Of a DNA stretch of 64,000 nucleotides, positions 43,324-53,581 are shown piece after piece. Within the stretch, counting starts at the first letter, position 1, and each line of letters begins with the position of its first letter. Position numbers and translations under genes: made by a program. Location of the stretch: assembly GCA_964383765.1 (NCBI GenBank), contig CAYLHT010000001.1, positions 100,998 through 164,997 of the forward strand. The letters run 5' to 3'. The notes under the pieces were generated by a model that was not told where the DNA came from, did no database searches, and saw only the letters and a list, made by a program, of their open reading frames with translations. The DNA comes from an uncultured Gammaproteobacteria bacterium. Lineage in GTDB: Bacteria > Patescibacteriota > Patescibacteriia > SBBC01 > CAIJZX01.

Positions 43324-43722
43324 TCAACGCTTAGGCGCGAATCCCTGGAGCTCGGCCGTGATCATACTGACGACCTTTTCAAGTTTGGTCAGGGCTTTGG
43401 TGTAGTACTGATTGATCCCAAGCTTAATGTACTTATTCACGACCTCGGGGTTAATTGAGTTGGTGACGAGGTAGACCGGAATGGATTTCAAGTTCTCCTC
43501 TTTACGCATGGCGGTGACCAGCTCATCCCCGGTCTTGCCGGGTAAGTAATGGTCGAGCCAGACGGCGTCAACCGGACCAATGTCGTGGAGGTAATCCCAA
43601 GCTTGGTCGACGGTCCGAGCCGTCAAGACTTTAAACCCAACATTGGTCAGTTTGATTTTGATGGCTTCAGCCAGCAATTCCTCATCTTCAACCACGAGGA
43701 TGGAGTGAGTAGTAGGACTCAT
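43324..43722 (-). CDS. Response regulator, receiver domain only
   Basis: 132 aa. ILVVEDEELLAE and the phosphoacceptor context AVWLDHYLPGKTG. Confidence 0.85.
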   Translation of the reverse strand: MSPTTHSILVVEDEELLAEAIKIKLTNVGFKVLTARTVDQAWDYLHDIGPVDAVWLDHYLPGKTGDELVTAMRKEENLKSIPVYLVTNSINPEVVNKYIKLGINQYYTKALTKLEKVVSMITAELQGFAPKR

Positions 43723-43740
43723 ATGGAAAGTATAGCGAGT

Positions 43741-45426
43741 TTAGGCGGCTGAAGCCAGTTGCCGGGTACCGGCTTTTGGTCGCATGCCTGATAGCGGGAA
43801 CCGCATAGTAAAGGTTGTACCACGTTTTTCAATTGAACTGAATTGAATCGATCCGCCGGTGGCGTCGGCAATGGCTTTCACAATAAATAAGCCTAATCCG
43901 TTCCCATTTGGTACCTCAAGCTGGGCGTTTGTCGCCCGAAAGAATTTTCCGAATATTTTTTCCCGATCAGCCGCTGGAATACCAATCCCGGTATCCGTGA
44001 CGTCGAGTTTCAACCAACGGCCATCGCGCTGGAGCGCTATCTTGATCCGGCCGGTTGGTGGTGTATAGCGCAGGGCGTTGGTCAGGAGGTTTTGGAGCAC
44101 GATTCGAAAGAGGTTGGGATCGAGTTTGACCGACGGCAAGCCGGACTCCATCGTCACCGTCATCTTTGCTCGCCCTGGGTGAGCGGCGCCGACTTCCTGC
44201 ATCAACTGTTTCGTGAGTTGACCGACTTGGGTGGGGACTGGCAGGATCGCGAAGGTTCCTAAGTCGATCCGTGAAACATCCAGCAATGCGTTGACGAGCG
44301 AGACCATCTCTTGGTTGGCTTGTTCGATCCGGCTGAGTAAATGTTGTTGTTTGAGCGGGAGCTTGCCGCTGGCCGGATCATGCATCAACTCACCAAACCA
44401 GCCGATCGCCGAAAGCGGGGTCGTTAATTGGTGCGAAGCCAGAGATACGAATTCGGTCTTGGCGCGGTCGATCGAGACGCGTTCGGTGATATCTTGTTGT
44501 AGTTGTACAAAGAACAGATTTCGGTCGGCCGACCGAATGGCAAAAAAATGGACTTGGGCGTTATACTCCCGGCCGTCTTTGCGGCGATTGATAAATGCTT
44601 CGGAAGAAAATGGTCGGCCGGCATTTAAGGCTTTCCACATTTTCTGATATTCCGACGTCGGCGTCTTTCCGCTCTTGATTATTCGAGGGTTCTTCCCCAC
44701 CACGTCCTCGGATCGGTACCCCGTCAGTTTTTCCCAGGCCCGGTTGACGTACACAATGTTGGCATGGTGATCAGTCATGACCACGCCATCGGTCGCTTGG
44801 TCAGCTACCAATTTAAACTTTTCTAACTCATGCTCTTGGCGCTGCAACTCACTTTCGTACCGTTCCGTAATTAGTTCAAACAGTAGAATCATTACGCCCA
44901 CCGTGATCACCCCCACCAAAATTTGATTGAGTTCTTGGCTGGTGTAGGCGGTGTGAACGAGATTCGCACCTTGAAGAATATTGAGAAAACCAATTTCGAA
45001 CACGACCGCCACCATCCAAACCGCACCCCGGCTAGCACCATCGAGAAAAAAGGCCAAGATGGGAATGGTAAAGACCCACAAAAACCCTGTGCCCACGAGT
45101 CCGCCGGAGGTGAAGAGATACCCGGTCAGGACCAACATCGCGATCAGCACGATGCCAGTCGCGACCGACAATCGACCATGTCGTCGCAGGGCTAAAACAT
45201 TACTCAGCGCCAAGAGGCCGAAGAGAAAATCGACAGCGGCGTGTTGAAAGACGCCCTGGATAAGGTAGAACCAGCCATAGGCAATCACGATCGACGATCC
45301 GATCAACGAAAAACCATAGGTAAACGCCAGTTGACGGGTGCGCCGATCAGTGAAATTCAAATCCGGGCCGACGCCTAAGCGTTTAGCGATCAGTTGGCGA
45401 ATCGATAACTTCAGAAATGGTTGCAT
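43741..45426 (-). CDS. Sensor histidine kinase (multi-TM-PAS-HisKA-HATPase_c)
   Basis: 561 aa. H-box FVSLASHQLTTPL, and DTGIGIP / GNGLGL boxes. Confidence 0.9.
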   Translation of the reverse strand: MQPFLKLSIRQLIAKRLGVGPDLNFTDRRTRQLAFTYGFSLIGSSIVIAYGWFYLIQGVFQHAAVDFLFGLLALSNVLALRRHGRLSVATGIVLIAMLVLTGYLFTSGGLVGTGFLWVFTIPILAFFLDGASRGAVWMVAVVFEIGFLNILQGANLVHTAYTSQELNQILVGVITVGVMILLFELITERYESELQRQEHELEKFKLVADQATDGVVMTDHHANIVYVNRAWEKLTGYRSEDVVGKNPRIIKSGKTPTSEYQKMWKALNAGRPFSSEAFINRRKDGREYNAQVHFFAIRSADRNLFFVQLQQDITERVSIDRAKTEFVSLASHQLTTPLSAIGWFGELMHDPASGKLPLKQQHLLSRIEQANQEMVSLVNALLDVSRIDLGTFAILPVPTQVGQLTKQLMQEVGAAHPGRAKMTVTMESGLPSVKLDPNLFRIVLQNLLTNALRYTPPTGRIKIALQRDGRWLKLDVTDTGIGIPAADREKIFGKFFRATNAQLEVPNGNGLGLFIVKAIADATGGSIQFSSIEKRGTTFTMRFPLSGMRPKAGTRQLASAA

Positions 45427-45539
45427 GTTAGAACTTGGTGTTGGATGTTTCGAAATCGTACTGGCGTGTCAACTGTACACGATTAGTATACACTGCCGCG
45501 GTTGGAAGAAACAACTATGTTGACTCAGGTTCAAGCCTC

Positions 45540-47318
45540 TTACGGCAATCGGTACACCCGAATCGTCGTACCAATTATTATTTGCGCTTGATAGGCTTTG
45601 AGCCAATCAAATCGACCGCTGCCATCTTCCGCATCAACAATGCTGACGGCCACGTAGCCATGCGGCAGTCCTCGCGTTGCAAGTTGCTGGGTAGTTGGCA
45701 AAGTAGTTGGTTGGGGGAGGTACTTCGTGATATCACCACGGCCATAGTAATCAACCGCCACGGTGGTGGCCTCTTGTTGACGCAAATATTGACCCAATTG
45801 GTAAAGACTTTGACCCCAGTCAAAATTCGAATCGTTCAGAATCTTGTACCCATGCTGACTTCCTCCAGAGAAACCATTGAAATACGCCAGCTCGTTTGGA
45901 AAAGTTCGTAGTTGTGTACCAATCGCCAGAATCACCCATGCCACCAAGAAAATATTTCCCCACCTTTTCGATGTCCGGAGCAACCACGGTGCAAACCCCC
46001 CAGCGAGGATGAACATGAATGGATAAATCGCTAAAATATACCGCCAACCGAGATTCAGGTGCGAACCAAGACTAATCAAGAAAAAAACCAAGGGCGGAAC
46101 TCCATACATCAGCCACCTAACATCGATGTTTTGAAGCCACGCCGTGAATGTTCTCGAGGCTCGTCGAGCACGAGTGATGACAACCATGCCAGCGCTCACC
46201 ACGACCAGCCATCCAAGCAACGTCGCCGGAGGGGATTTGGTTGCGATGGCCACCGGGAAGTAATACCACCAGCCCAAATCACTGCGCTTGCCAAGCAAGA
46301 AGCTGGCTTGTCCGGCATCGGAATGTCCAATCACCGTCATCACCCCCCGAAAAAATTCATACCCGGGATATCGATGTAAGGTTAACTGAAAAACAAAATG
46401 ACCGAGCGGTTTTGACCGATTGCCGAGGTCACCGACGACCCAGCGTTCCAAGGGGCCGTAATTATTCAGCACACCTCGATCGAGCACGTTTTGACGTTGC
46501 TGGTACAACAACGTAATCCGTGGGTCATCAATCGGTCGATGGACATCAAAATTGTACAACGCCCAGGTCATGATTGCTCCCAGGCCAATGAACCATAGGG
46601 CGAACCTGCGGAGCGCGCGCCACTGTACGACAGGGTGACTTGGATCGCGCCATTTGAGCAGCAGCCACAGCCCACCCAGACCGACGGCCCACGGAAAAAA
46701 AGAAAATTTTGTCAGCATCGATACCCACAGCACGATACCAAACACGATGGCTCGGTCTCTTGATGGTTGTCGCCACCAGCGTTCGAAGCACAGCACCATC
46801 ACCAGTGCCATCAACCCAAACGCTAAATCAGTCGTGACGTACCGGCTGTGCGCGATGATGTTTGGATCAAAAGCGTATAACCCAAGTGCCACCAAGCCGC
46901 CAGCGGATCCGAAAAATCGTGTGGCGGTTCGCCAGATCAACCATCCGAGCACAAGGCTCAGGATCATGATCGGCAAGCGACCAAGGAACAAGAGTGTCTG
47001 CGGCGACAGCGTGTTCGAGTATAAAAATCTGTCGCCAAATACCCACTCATCGACCTGTTGCCAACTTGGGTCATTGATGGGAACAGTGGCCCGTGTGAAG
47101 AGCAGTGGCACGGCCGCCAACATTTTTACCAGCGGCGGATGTTCGGGATTAATCCGAAAATCACCAGTCCGCCAGTAACTCAGCCCGGCCGCGAGGTGAA
47201 TACCCTCGTCGTTGGTTTGTGACTCTTGCCGACTTGAAAGAATTTCCAGCGTGAACATGCTGGCCAACATTAGCCCGCCTATGATGAAAACCACTCGAGA
47301 TGATCGCTGAACAGTCAT
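45540..47318 (-). CDS. GT-C fold glycosyltransferase (PMT/ArnT-like, family 39/83)
   Basis: 592 aa, polytopic. N-terminal loop DEGIHLAAGLSYWRTGDFRINPEHPPLVK. Confidence 0.8.
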   Translation of the reverse strand: MTVQRSSRVVFIIGGLMLASMFTLEILSSRQESQTNDEGIHLAAGLSYWRTGDFRINPEHPPLVKMLAAVPLLFTRATVPINDPSWQQVDEWVFGDRFLYSNTLSPQTLLFLGRLPIMILSLVLGWLIWRTATRFFGSAGGLVALGLYAFDPNIIAHSRYVTTDLAFGLMALVMVLCFERWWRQPSRDRAIVFGIVLWVSMLTKFSFFPWAVGLGGLWLLLKWRDPSHPVVQWRALRRFALWFIGLGAIMTWALYNFDVHRPIDDPRITLLYQQRQNVLDRGVLNNYGPLERWVVGDLGNRSKPLGHFVFQLTLHRYPGYEFFRGVMTVIGHSDAGQASFLLGKRSDLGWWYYFPVAIATKSPPATLLGWLVVVSAGMVVITRARRASRTFTAWLQNIDVRWLMYGVPPLVFFLISLGSHLNLGWRYILAIYPFMFILAGGFAPWLLRTSKRWGNIFLVAWVILAIGTQLRTFPNELAYFNGFSGGSQHGYKILNDSNFDWGQSLYQLGQYLRQQEATTVAVDYYGRGDITKYLPQPTTLPTTQQLATRGLPHGYVAVSIVDAEDGSGRFDWLKAYQAQIIIGTTIRVYRLP

Positions 47319-47906
47319 TTACACAGCCGCAAGTTTCTTGAGCACGAGTGGAATCTTCTTGAAATCGTACAACAGCGTCTGCCGCATGGATCCGTTGTAG
47401 AGCGCCGCTGCCGGATGATAGAGCGGTAAGACCACTCGGCCTTTGACTCGTTTCGGTTGTCCGTGGATCTGACTGATCCGAAAGTCAGGCGGAAAGAAAA
47501 TGCCCATCGAATGTCGACCGAGTGTGCAAATGAGCTTTGGATTGATCAGCTCAATTTGCTTCCACAAATACAGATCGGTGCAGGTGGTGATTTCTTCTGG
47601 TTCGGGATCGCGGTTTTGGGGCGGCCGGCACTTGACGACATTGGTGACGAAGACATCTGACCGCTGTTTGTGAATCGCCGCTAAGAGTTCGTCCAAAAAC
47701 TTGCCGGCCGCCCCCACAAACGGGTGCCCGGTCTGATCTTCTTTTTGCCCCGGTCCTTCGCCGATAAACAAAACTTCGGAGTGTGGGTCACCGTCGCCAG
47801 GTACAGCCGTCAAGCGGCCTTTCGCCAGAGGACAAGCAGTGCAATCATGAACCGCGGTTTCAATTTCGGCCAGCGAGGTTAGCGCTTCCGCCCGTGGGAC
47901 GGTCAT
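47319..47906 (-). CDS. Uracil-DNA glycosylase, family 4
   Basis: 195 aa. CTACPL Fe-S cysteines, GEGPGQKEDQTGHPFVGAAG, and HPAA. Confidence 0.9.
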   Translation of the reverse strand: MTVPRAEALTSLAEIETAVHDCTACPLAKGRLTAVPGDGDPHSEVLFIGEGPGQKEDQTGHPFVGAAGKFLDELLAAIHKQRSDVFVTNVVKCRPPQNRDPEPEEITTCTDLYLWKQIELINPKLICTLGRHSMGIFFPPDFRISQIHGQPKRVKGRVVLPLYHPAAALYNGSMRQTLLYDFKKIPLVLKKLAAV

Positions 47907-48799
47907 GGTCTGACGACGAAGAACAAACCAATCAGCATGATGACTGAAGCTGCCATCTTTTGACGCAGGCCGCGCTCATGAAACAGCCGCCCACTCAAGA
48001 CGACATCAATCAAGGTCGACAATCGTTTGACGGCTAAGACTAAACCAATCGCCATCAGTCCGGTGGCCCGGGTTTGGGTGACGTTCGACAATAAGTGTAC
48101 GCCCGCGGTCAAAGCAATTGCCCACATCAAGGTCCGGCTGCCGGGCCGTAAAATCTGAAGCGCGCTTGGTTTTCGAACAAAGATGATGATGGACAGGACA
48201 GCAATGGTCGGGAGTACATAGGCTAAATAGGTGGTCGAGCTGACCGTGGTGAGCACCGAACGGTCAACCACGCCGGACAACGCAAAAAAAATCATGGCCA
48301 AGAGCGCGTAGATTCCACCAGGCGTCCGCCATAAATTCTGAAACGGTTCAATTAGGCGTCCCAGGCGACTGTCGCGGGAGCCGGAGGCGGCGTGTCGATG
48401 AAACTCCAGGGTGTACGTTCCGATCACCATCAATCCCAACCCGAAGGCTTGGCCGCCGGACAACCGTTCTCCCAAGACCAGGAACGCGATGACTGATCCC
48501 AGGGCTGAATCTAAGGTCAGCACCGGCGAGACAATTGACAGGTCGAGCCGGCGCAAGGCCTTCGTCACAAAGAAAAAAGCAAATCCGGCCAGGCACCCGG
48601 TCAGCAGGAGCAGCCCGAGTTGTTGAGTCGTAACATTCCAATCGATGGCGTGTACGAAGAGTAGGAAGAGTCCGGTCTTGATCACGCTAAAGACCATAAA
48701 GTACTCGGTCGAATGTTCATTTTGCAAAGTTTTTTTCTGCAAAATGCCGACCAAAGCGATGGTCAAGGCGGTCAAGAGTGCGTATCCGTACCAGGGCAT
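47903..48799 (-). CDS. EamA/DMT family transporter
   Basis: 298 aa with about ten TM helices in two repeats. Confidence 0.75.
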   Translation of the reverse strand: MPWYGYALLTALTIALVGILQKKTLQNEHSTEYFMVFSVIKTGLFLLFVHAIDWNVTTQQLGLLLLTGCLAGFAFFFVTKALRRLDLSIVSPVLTLDSALGSVIAFLVLGERLSGGQAFGLGLMVIGTYTLEFHRHAASGSRDSRLGRLIEPFQNLWRTPGGIYALLAMIFFALSGVVDRSVLTTVSSTTYLAYVLPTIAVLSIIIFVRKPSALQILRPGSRTLMWAIALTAGVHLLSNVTQTRATGLMAIGLVLAVKRLSTLIDVVLSGRLFHERGLRQKMAASVIMLIGLFFVVRP

Positions 48800-48802
48800 G
48801 GG

Positions 48803-49297
48803 TTAGAGTTTCAGATCAACGAATTCATGTCGAAGTTCAAGCACCTCGACCAGGGCAAAGCTCGGGTAGCCAAACATTCCCCCCGCCGTGCCGGGATTCA
48901 AGAGCCGGCAGGCACCTTTCATTTCCCAGCGTTTGAGGTGGCTGTGTCCATGGCAGACCAGATCAAATTCGCCGGTCGCGGCCATAGCCTCAGCCACCTC
49001 AGGGTAGTGAACGAAGCCAATCCGTGTGTCGGCCAGGTCGACGCCACCCCGATCTCCATGATGGGTGACATTCGTGAGCGTCTGCGCCACCTGTGTTTCT
49101 AAATCGCGATCGGCATTGTTGCCAAAGACAGTGTGTATTTGACCGGCGAATGTCTGCGAGATGCGTTGCAGCATGGACGGTGCCACCGTGTCTCCACAAT
49201 TGATGAGCACACGAATATTTCGGTCAGACAAAATCTTCACCATCAGGTCCCAGTCGGCGACATTGTCATGGAGGTCGGACATGACGGCGATAAACAT
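48803..49297 (-). CDS. YfcE/MJ0936-type metallophosphoesterase
   Basis: 164 aa. SDLHDN, GD, GNND-like and GHSH motifs. Confidence 0.8.
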   Translation of the reverse strand: MFIAVMSDLHDNVADWDLMVKILSDRNIRVLINCGDTVAPSMLQRISQTFAGQIHTVFGNNADRDLETQVAQTLTNVTHHGDRGGVDLADTRIGFVHYPEVAEAMAATGEFDLVCHGHSHLKRWEMKGACRLLNPGTAGGMFGYPSFALVEVLELRHEFVDLKL

Positions 49298-49984
49298 TTA
49301 CAGCTGTCCTTTCGCCCAATTGTAGATAATCGCACCGTATTCGCGAATAACCGAACGGGTGTCCCAGAAATGTTCGGCGAAGGAGTTGGCTGGTACGAGG
49401 TTAAATGGCGCGGCGATACACCGGACATTCGCATGTTGCAATCGGAAAATCCGACACGCCCGCCAGGTGTGGTAGGGGCTGGTCACCACTAAGGCCGTAT
49501 GCCAGTCATGCTGGTCCATAATCGCCAGCGAGTTCTTGGCGTTTTCAAAGGTGTCCTTTGAGTAGCCTTCGGGCGTAATTTTGGTGACCGGGAACCCCAA
49601 GGTTTGGGCGTAGGCCAACATTTCCGTAGCCTCAACCTCGTTGGTCTTTTGATCAAGTCCACCGGACATAATGATGTCCGGAGCCCAGACCTGATCGTAG
49701 AGTTGGATACCTTTGACGACGCGTTGCTGAGCTTGGGGCGGTAAGTGCGGTACGGTCTTGCGTGTTCCAGAACCAAGCACGATAATCACGTCCGATTTGA
49801 CCGGCGCTTCATCATGCGTCAACGGCCAGGCTAGCGCGTCACGGATCCAGGTGGTGGCGCCGGCTAGGACCACCAGTCCAGCCAGCAAGCCGATTACCAC
49901 CAGCCACCGGCCCAAGCGCCAGCGCCGGACTAACCGCGTAGTTTCTTCAGAATTTTGATATCCTGGCTGTACGTCTGGTCCCAT
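49298..49984 (-). CDS. YdcF/ElyC (DUF218) family protein
   Basis: 228 aa. N-terminal TM helix, then IIVLGSG ... ALVVTSPYHTWRA. The annotated start overlaps the nfo end by 55 nt, so the true start may be later. Confidence 0.7.
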   Translation of the reverse strand: MGPDVQPGYQNSEETTRLVRRWRLGRWLVVIGLLAGLVVLAGATTWIRDALAWPLTHDEAPVKSDVIIVLGSGTRKTVPHLPPQAQQRVVKGIQLYDQVWAPDIIMSGGLDQKTNEVEATEMLAYAQTLGFPVTKITPEGYSKDTFENAKNSLAIMDQHDWHTALVVTSPYHTWRACRIFRLQHANVRCIAAPFNLVPANSFAEHFWDTRSVIREYGAIIYNWAKGQL

Positions 49985-50775
49985 GGAGTTTCGATAATAA
50001 CATCAATTGATGTGAGTTTTGGGTGGCGCATCAGGGTGGTAAATCCAGCTAGGCCGATTTCGCCTTGGCCGATATGTTCATGCCGATCGCGGTGATCGCC
50101 GAGGCCGAACTTCGAATCATTGCCGTGTAGCAATTTCAGGCGCTTTAGTCCGACCACCTGATCGAACTTTTTCAGGGTGGCATTCACCTCGGCCGGTGTT
50201 CGCAAATCATAACCGGCGGCAAATACATGACAAGCATCTAAACAAATATTAACTTTATTTTTATACTTGGCGGCGCCTTCAATTTTTTTCAGCAATTCTC
50301 CCAATTGCTCAAACGTCCCGCCGACTTGATCGCCCGCGCCGGCCGAACCTTCTAACAACAACTGCGTCGTACCCTTGTAGCCATCCAACACGCGCTGAAT
50401 TCCGCGCCAGGTTTTATGGAAACCGAGTTTTGGTCCGGCGTCTTTCGTTGAACCGAGGTGCGTCACGACGTAAGAAGCGCCCAGTAAGGTTCCGCGCTCA
50501 AGTTCATCTCGTATGACTGAAATTGATCCGTAGCGAATCCGCGGCGTGGTTGAAGCATAGTTAATGTAATATGGCGCATGAATTACAAATTCCGAAAACT
50601 TTAACCGCTTCATCTCGGATTTGAATTGTGCGACAACCTCAGTCGTTAATTTAGGCGCCGGGCCGCCTTGGGGGGATCGTGAAAAAACTTGGAACGTTTC
50701 ACAGCCAAGCTTCGCCGCATTCGCCGGGGCATTGAAGATCCCGCCGGCCGCGGAAACATGGGCGCCGATTTTCAT
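49930..50775 (-). CDS. nfo: Deoxyribonuclease IV (endonuclease IV)
   Basis: 281 aa. MKIGAHVS, HAPYYINYAS, and CLDACHVFAAGYD. Confidence 0.93.
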   Translation of the reverse strand: MKIGAHVSAAGGIFNAPANAAKLGCETFQVFSRSPQGGPAPKLTTEVVAQFKSEMKRLKFSEFVIHAPYYINYASTTPRIRYGSISVIRDELERGTLLGASYVVTHLGSTKDAGPKLGFHKTWRGIQRVLDGYKGTTQLLLEGSAGAGDQVGGTFEQLGELLKKIEGAAKYKNKVNICLDACHVFAAGYDLRTPAEVNATLKKFDQVVGLKRLKLLHGNDSKFGLGDHRDRHEHIGQGEIGLAGFTTLMRHPKLTSIDVIIETPWDQTYSQDIKILKKLRG

Positions 50776-50809
50776 TCGGCTATTTTAGCACACTTAACAA
50801 CCCCCGTCT

Positions 50810-52099
50810 TTAGCTCCGCGATGCAAAATCTTTCAACTTCTGCACCACTTTCCGATTGATAATCAAACTCCGGACATAGTCGCGGTAGTCGTCGCTGTCA
50901 ATCCGTTTCAGAATATCGGGCTGTCCTTGGTAGAGTTTCAGGGTCTGCTTCACTTCTGTTTCAATTTCACCCGGCTCAGCCTCAATCTTCTCTTGTTTGG
51001 CAACTTGCCGAATCAGTAACGCCGCTTTAACCCGCTGCTCGGCCTTGGGCCGGAAATCTTTCTTTAATTCATCGACAGTTTTTTTCAAACCCTTGAGGTA
51101 ATCCTCAAACTTAACGCCGCCTTGTTGCGTGACCTGATCTTCAAGCTCGTGCAGCATTTTTTCTACCTCATTGGTGACGAGTACCTCAGGCAGTTCTCCA
51201 AATTTCGATTTGGCAATCAAAGCATCAACGACTTCACGTTCATACGTGGCGTCGAGTTTTTCGGTAGCTTCGTCAAGCAGGTTTTTCTCGAGCTGGGCTC
51301 GCAATTCAGCCACGTTTTGAAATTTTCCCGCCCGCTGAGCGAATTCATCGTTCATGTCCGGAGTGGTGACGTTGAATACCGATTTCATCGTGACGGAAAA
51401 CTCGCCGTTTTTTCCGGCCACCTGTTGATTGTGGTAGTCTTTTGGAAATGGCAGTGAAAATGTCTTGCGCTCGTCTTTTTTCATCCCCACCAATTGATCT
51501 TCAAACCCCGGGATAAAGTTTTTTGAACCGAGTTTGATGGGGTGTTGTTTGCTTGATCCGCCCTCAACCAGTACCTGATCGATGTGCAGGTCAAAATCAA
51601 CCTCAACCTTGTCTCCCATCTGAGCCGCGCGATCAACTTGAGCCTCGGTCGCGAACATCTCGCGCAAGTCAGCAAGCGCTTTATCGGTTTCAGCTGGCGT
51701 CACCTTGGCGGTTGGTTTTTTTACCCGCAACTGCTGATACGCGCCAAGCGTAATCTCAGGCAAGACTGCGATTTCGGCCGTGAACACGAACGGGTTATCG
51801 GCCGCTAACTTTTGAATATGGACGTGCGGCGTGCCTATGGTTTGCAATTTGTGGTCCATTACTGCCTGGACAAAGCTTTTCCGAACGGCGAATTCAGCGG
51901 CGGCTTCCCAAACGACCGCGGCGCCGAGTTTTTGAATCACGATGCCGAGACTGGCCTTGCCCGGTCGGAAACCTTGGATTTTATATTCGGAGGACAACGA
52001 CTCTGCCGCTTTCTGCAGGTGTGGTTGCATCTCCTCGACTGACAATTCGATCGTCAGTTTTAGTTCTGATTTCGGCTGTGATTCAACAGTAACGTTCAT
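50810..52099 (-). CDS. tig: Trigger factor
   Basis: 429 aa. N-terminal ribosome-binding region GFRPGKAS, a central FKBP-like domain, and a C-terminal helical domain. Confidence 0.93.
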   Translation of the reverse strand: MNVTVESQPKSELKLTIELSVEEMQPHLQKAAESLSSEYKIQGFRPGKASLGIVIQKLGAAVVWEAAAEFAVRKSFVQAVMDHKLQTIGTPHVHIQKLAADNPFVFTAEIAVLPEITLGAYQQLRVKKPTAKVTPAETDKALADLREMFATEAQVDRAAQMGDKVEVDFDLHIDQVLVEGGSSKQHPIKLGSKNFIPGFEDQLVGMKKDERKTFSLPFPKDYHNQQVAGKNGEFSVTMKSVFNVTTPDMNDEFAQRAGKFQNVAELRAQLEKNLLDEATEKLDATYEREVVDALIAKSKFGELPEVLVTNEVEKMLHELEDQVTQQGGVKFEDYLKGLKKTVDELKKDFRPKAEQRVKAALLIRQVAKQEKIEAEPGEIETEVKQTLKLYQGQPDILKRIDSDDYRDYVRSLIINRKVVQKLKDFASRS

Positions 52100-52154
52100 A
52101 GTACGTAAGATAACAAGACCGCCATGCTAACCTAGTCAACCGGGAATGTCAATT

Positions 52155-52188
52155 CAAGAAAAAGCCCTCACCTACCTTCAGTGAGGGT
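52155..52188 (-). terminator. Rho-independent terminator
   Basis: CCCTCAC (52165-52171) pairs with GTGAGGG (52181-52187), with a T-tract on the minus strand. The stop codon of the upstream small gene lies in the loop. Confidence 0.65.
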
Positions 52189-52492
52189 ATCCATCATTGA
52201 CACATCGCACCCGACACCGCCAGCCGGTTGAGAGGCTCCCGTTCTTAGGGCGAAGCGTTCTCCAGCGTCCGGCAGTGTCAGCCCGTTGACCCAGCCATTC
52301 GATGGCTGGCTCAGCACCGGGAGGTTGAAGCACTACGTTCAGGGCCCGGTGACCACTCGCGACAAGTATGTCGTACTGTCGGCGACTATGCTCGAGCGCG
52401 AAGGTGACGTCGTCATAGGTGTGGAGAACCAGGTTCAGATGTTGGAGCCTGATGTTTCTGCTCTCGAGGAGTAGTTCGAGATCAATGATCAT
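52178..52492 (-). CDS. Hypothetical protein (104 aa)
   Basis: RBS GAAGGAG upstream. The N-terminus MIIDLEL resembles that of the upstream neighbour. Confidence 0.5.
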   Translation of the reverse strand: MIIDLELLLESRNIRLQHLNLVLHTYDDVTFALEHSRRQYDILVASGHRALNVVLQPPGAEPAIEWLGQRADTAGRWRTLRPKNGSLSTGWRCRVRCVNDGYPH

Positions 52493-52502
52493 CCAATCTC
52501 CT

Positions 52503-52799
52503 TCAGGCCGAACGCAGTCGTAGTCGGCAGTTCCAGCGTCTCCGCGTGCGGCTCCAGGGCGATTCTAACCATCGCCACTCTGAACTGAGCTGCACGAGGA
52601 GTTGGTACCAGCGAGTCGTCCGCTCAGCATCGTCGATCTCGGCTGCGGTCAAGACGAGCAATGGCGCCACCTTATTCATGCGCAGATCCAACTGATGGGG
52701 TGGGTCGCCGATGCGGTGGCTACGTTCCCCAGTGTCATCAACAACGACACTGTACAGGCGCAAGATCGTCGCGCCATGCAACTCTACGTCAATGAGCAT
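52503..52799 (-). CDS. Hypothetical protein (98 aa)
   Basis: RBS GAAGGAG upstream. N-terminus MLIDVEL. There is a 10-nt gap to the next gene. Confidence 0.5.
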   Translation of the reverse strand: MLIDVELHGATILRLYSVVVDDTGERSHRIGDPPHQLDLRMNKVAPLLVLTAAEIDDAERTTRWYQLLVQLSSEWRWLESPWSRTRRRWNCRLRLRSA

Positions 52800-52950
52800 T
52801 CAAACTCCTTCACGACCTCAGGGTGAACAACGGGGATGTCGATGCGGTCGATCGTAGAGAAAACCTAGGCCGTTTATCGCGCTATGTCAATACAAAGAAT
52901 CAAGCACGGTGGGCGGGCTGTGGAACTGACCTACCTCAGATACTCTGGAC

Positions 52951-53145
52951 TTAGGTTGACGATCGTCGCCGGAGTGGCGGCACTTTTTTACCCTCGCGCC
53001 GGGCTTGCGATAAGGCAATGGCGATTGCTTGTCGCCGACTGGTCACGATCGTGCCGCTCCGGCCGCTATGGAGCTTGCCGGCTTCGAACTCTTTCAGCAC
53101 CCGGTCAACTTTGCGCTGGGCGGCTGGACTGTAGCGTTGGGCCAT
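52951..53145 (-). CDS. Small basic conserved protein (DUF6496-like, 64 aa)
   Basis: YSPAAQRKVDRVLKEFEAGKLHSGRSGTIVTSRRQAIAIALSQARREGKKVP resembles this small-protein family. The family name is from memory. Confidence 0.5.
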   Translation of the reverse strand: MAQRYSPAAQRKVDRVLKEFEAGKLHSGRSGTIVTSRRQAIAIALSQARREGKKVPPLRRRSST

Positions 53146-53179
53146 ATGTATACGATGACGCGCCCAACCTGTAACTCTG

Positions 53180-53581
53180 TCAACCGGGGCTGCCTGAAGA
53201 GAACACGGCGTGACCGACGAGCAGGATGACGAGCAGACTGAGCGCGCCGGCTAGCGCAACGAACCGGCGCGGGAAGAGTCGTGGCCACGGTCGGGATTGC
53301 CGAGCCAAGATTAGGAGTTCGATCCCAACGACAGTTAGGTAGACACCCAGGTTACGACAAAACACGAACAGGCTGCCGCTCTGTCCGGTATTGAGCCAGT
53401 GAATTAGTGATAATCCTGATCCAGTCAGTACTTGCCATACCAGCATCAAGGACAAACCCCTTGCCACAGTCGAAAAGCGTTGGAATTTCCGCTGCAGGAT
53501 AGTGACAACACCCAGAATCACAACCGCGCCCGTCAATCCAGCCCCGAGGAGATGGAGAATCAGCAGGAAGTTTGCAAACAT
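53180..53581 (-). CDS. Membrane protein (133 aa, 4 TM)
   Basis: N-terminus MFANFLLILHLLGAGLTGAVV is paralogous to the upstream gene. Confidence 0.55.
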   Translation of the reverse strand: MFANFLLILHLLGAGLTGAVVILGVVTILQRKFQRFSTVARGLSLMLVWQVLTGSGLSLIHWLNTGQSGSLFVFCRNLGVYLTVVGIELLILARQSRPWPRLFPRRFVALAGALSLLVILLVGHAVFSSGSPG

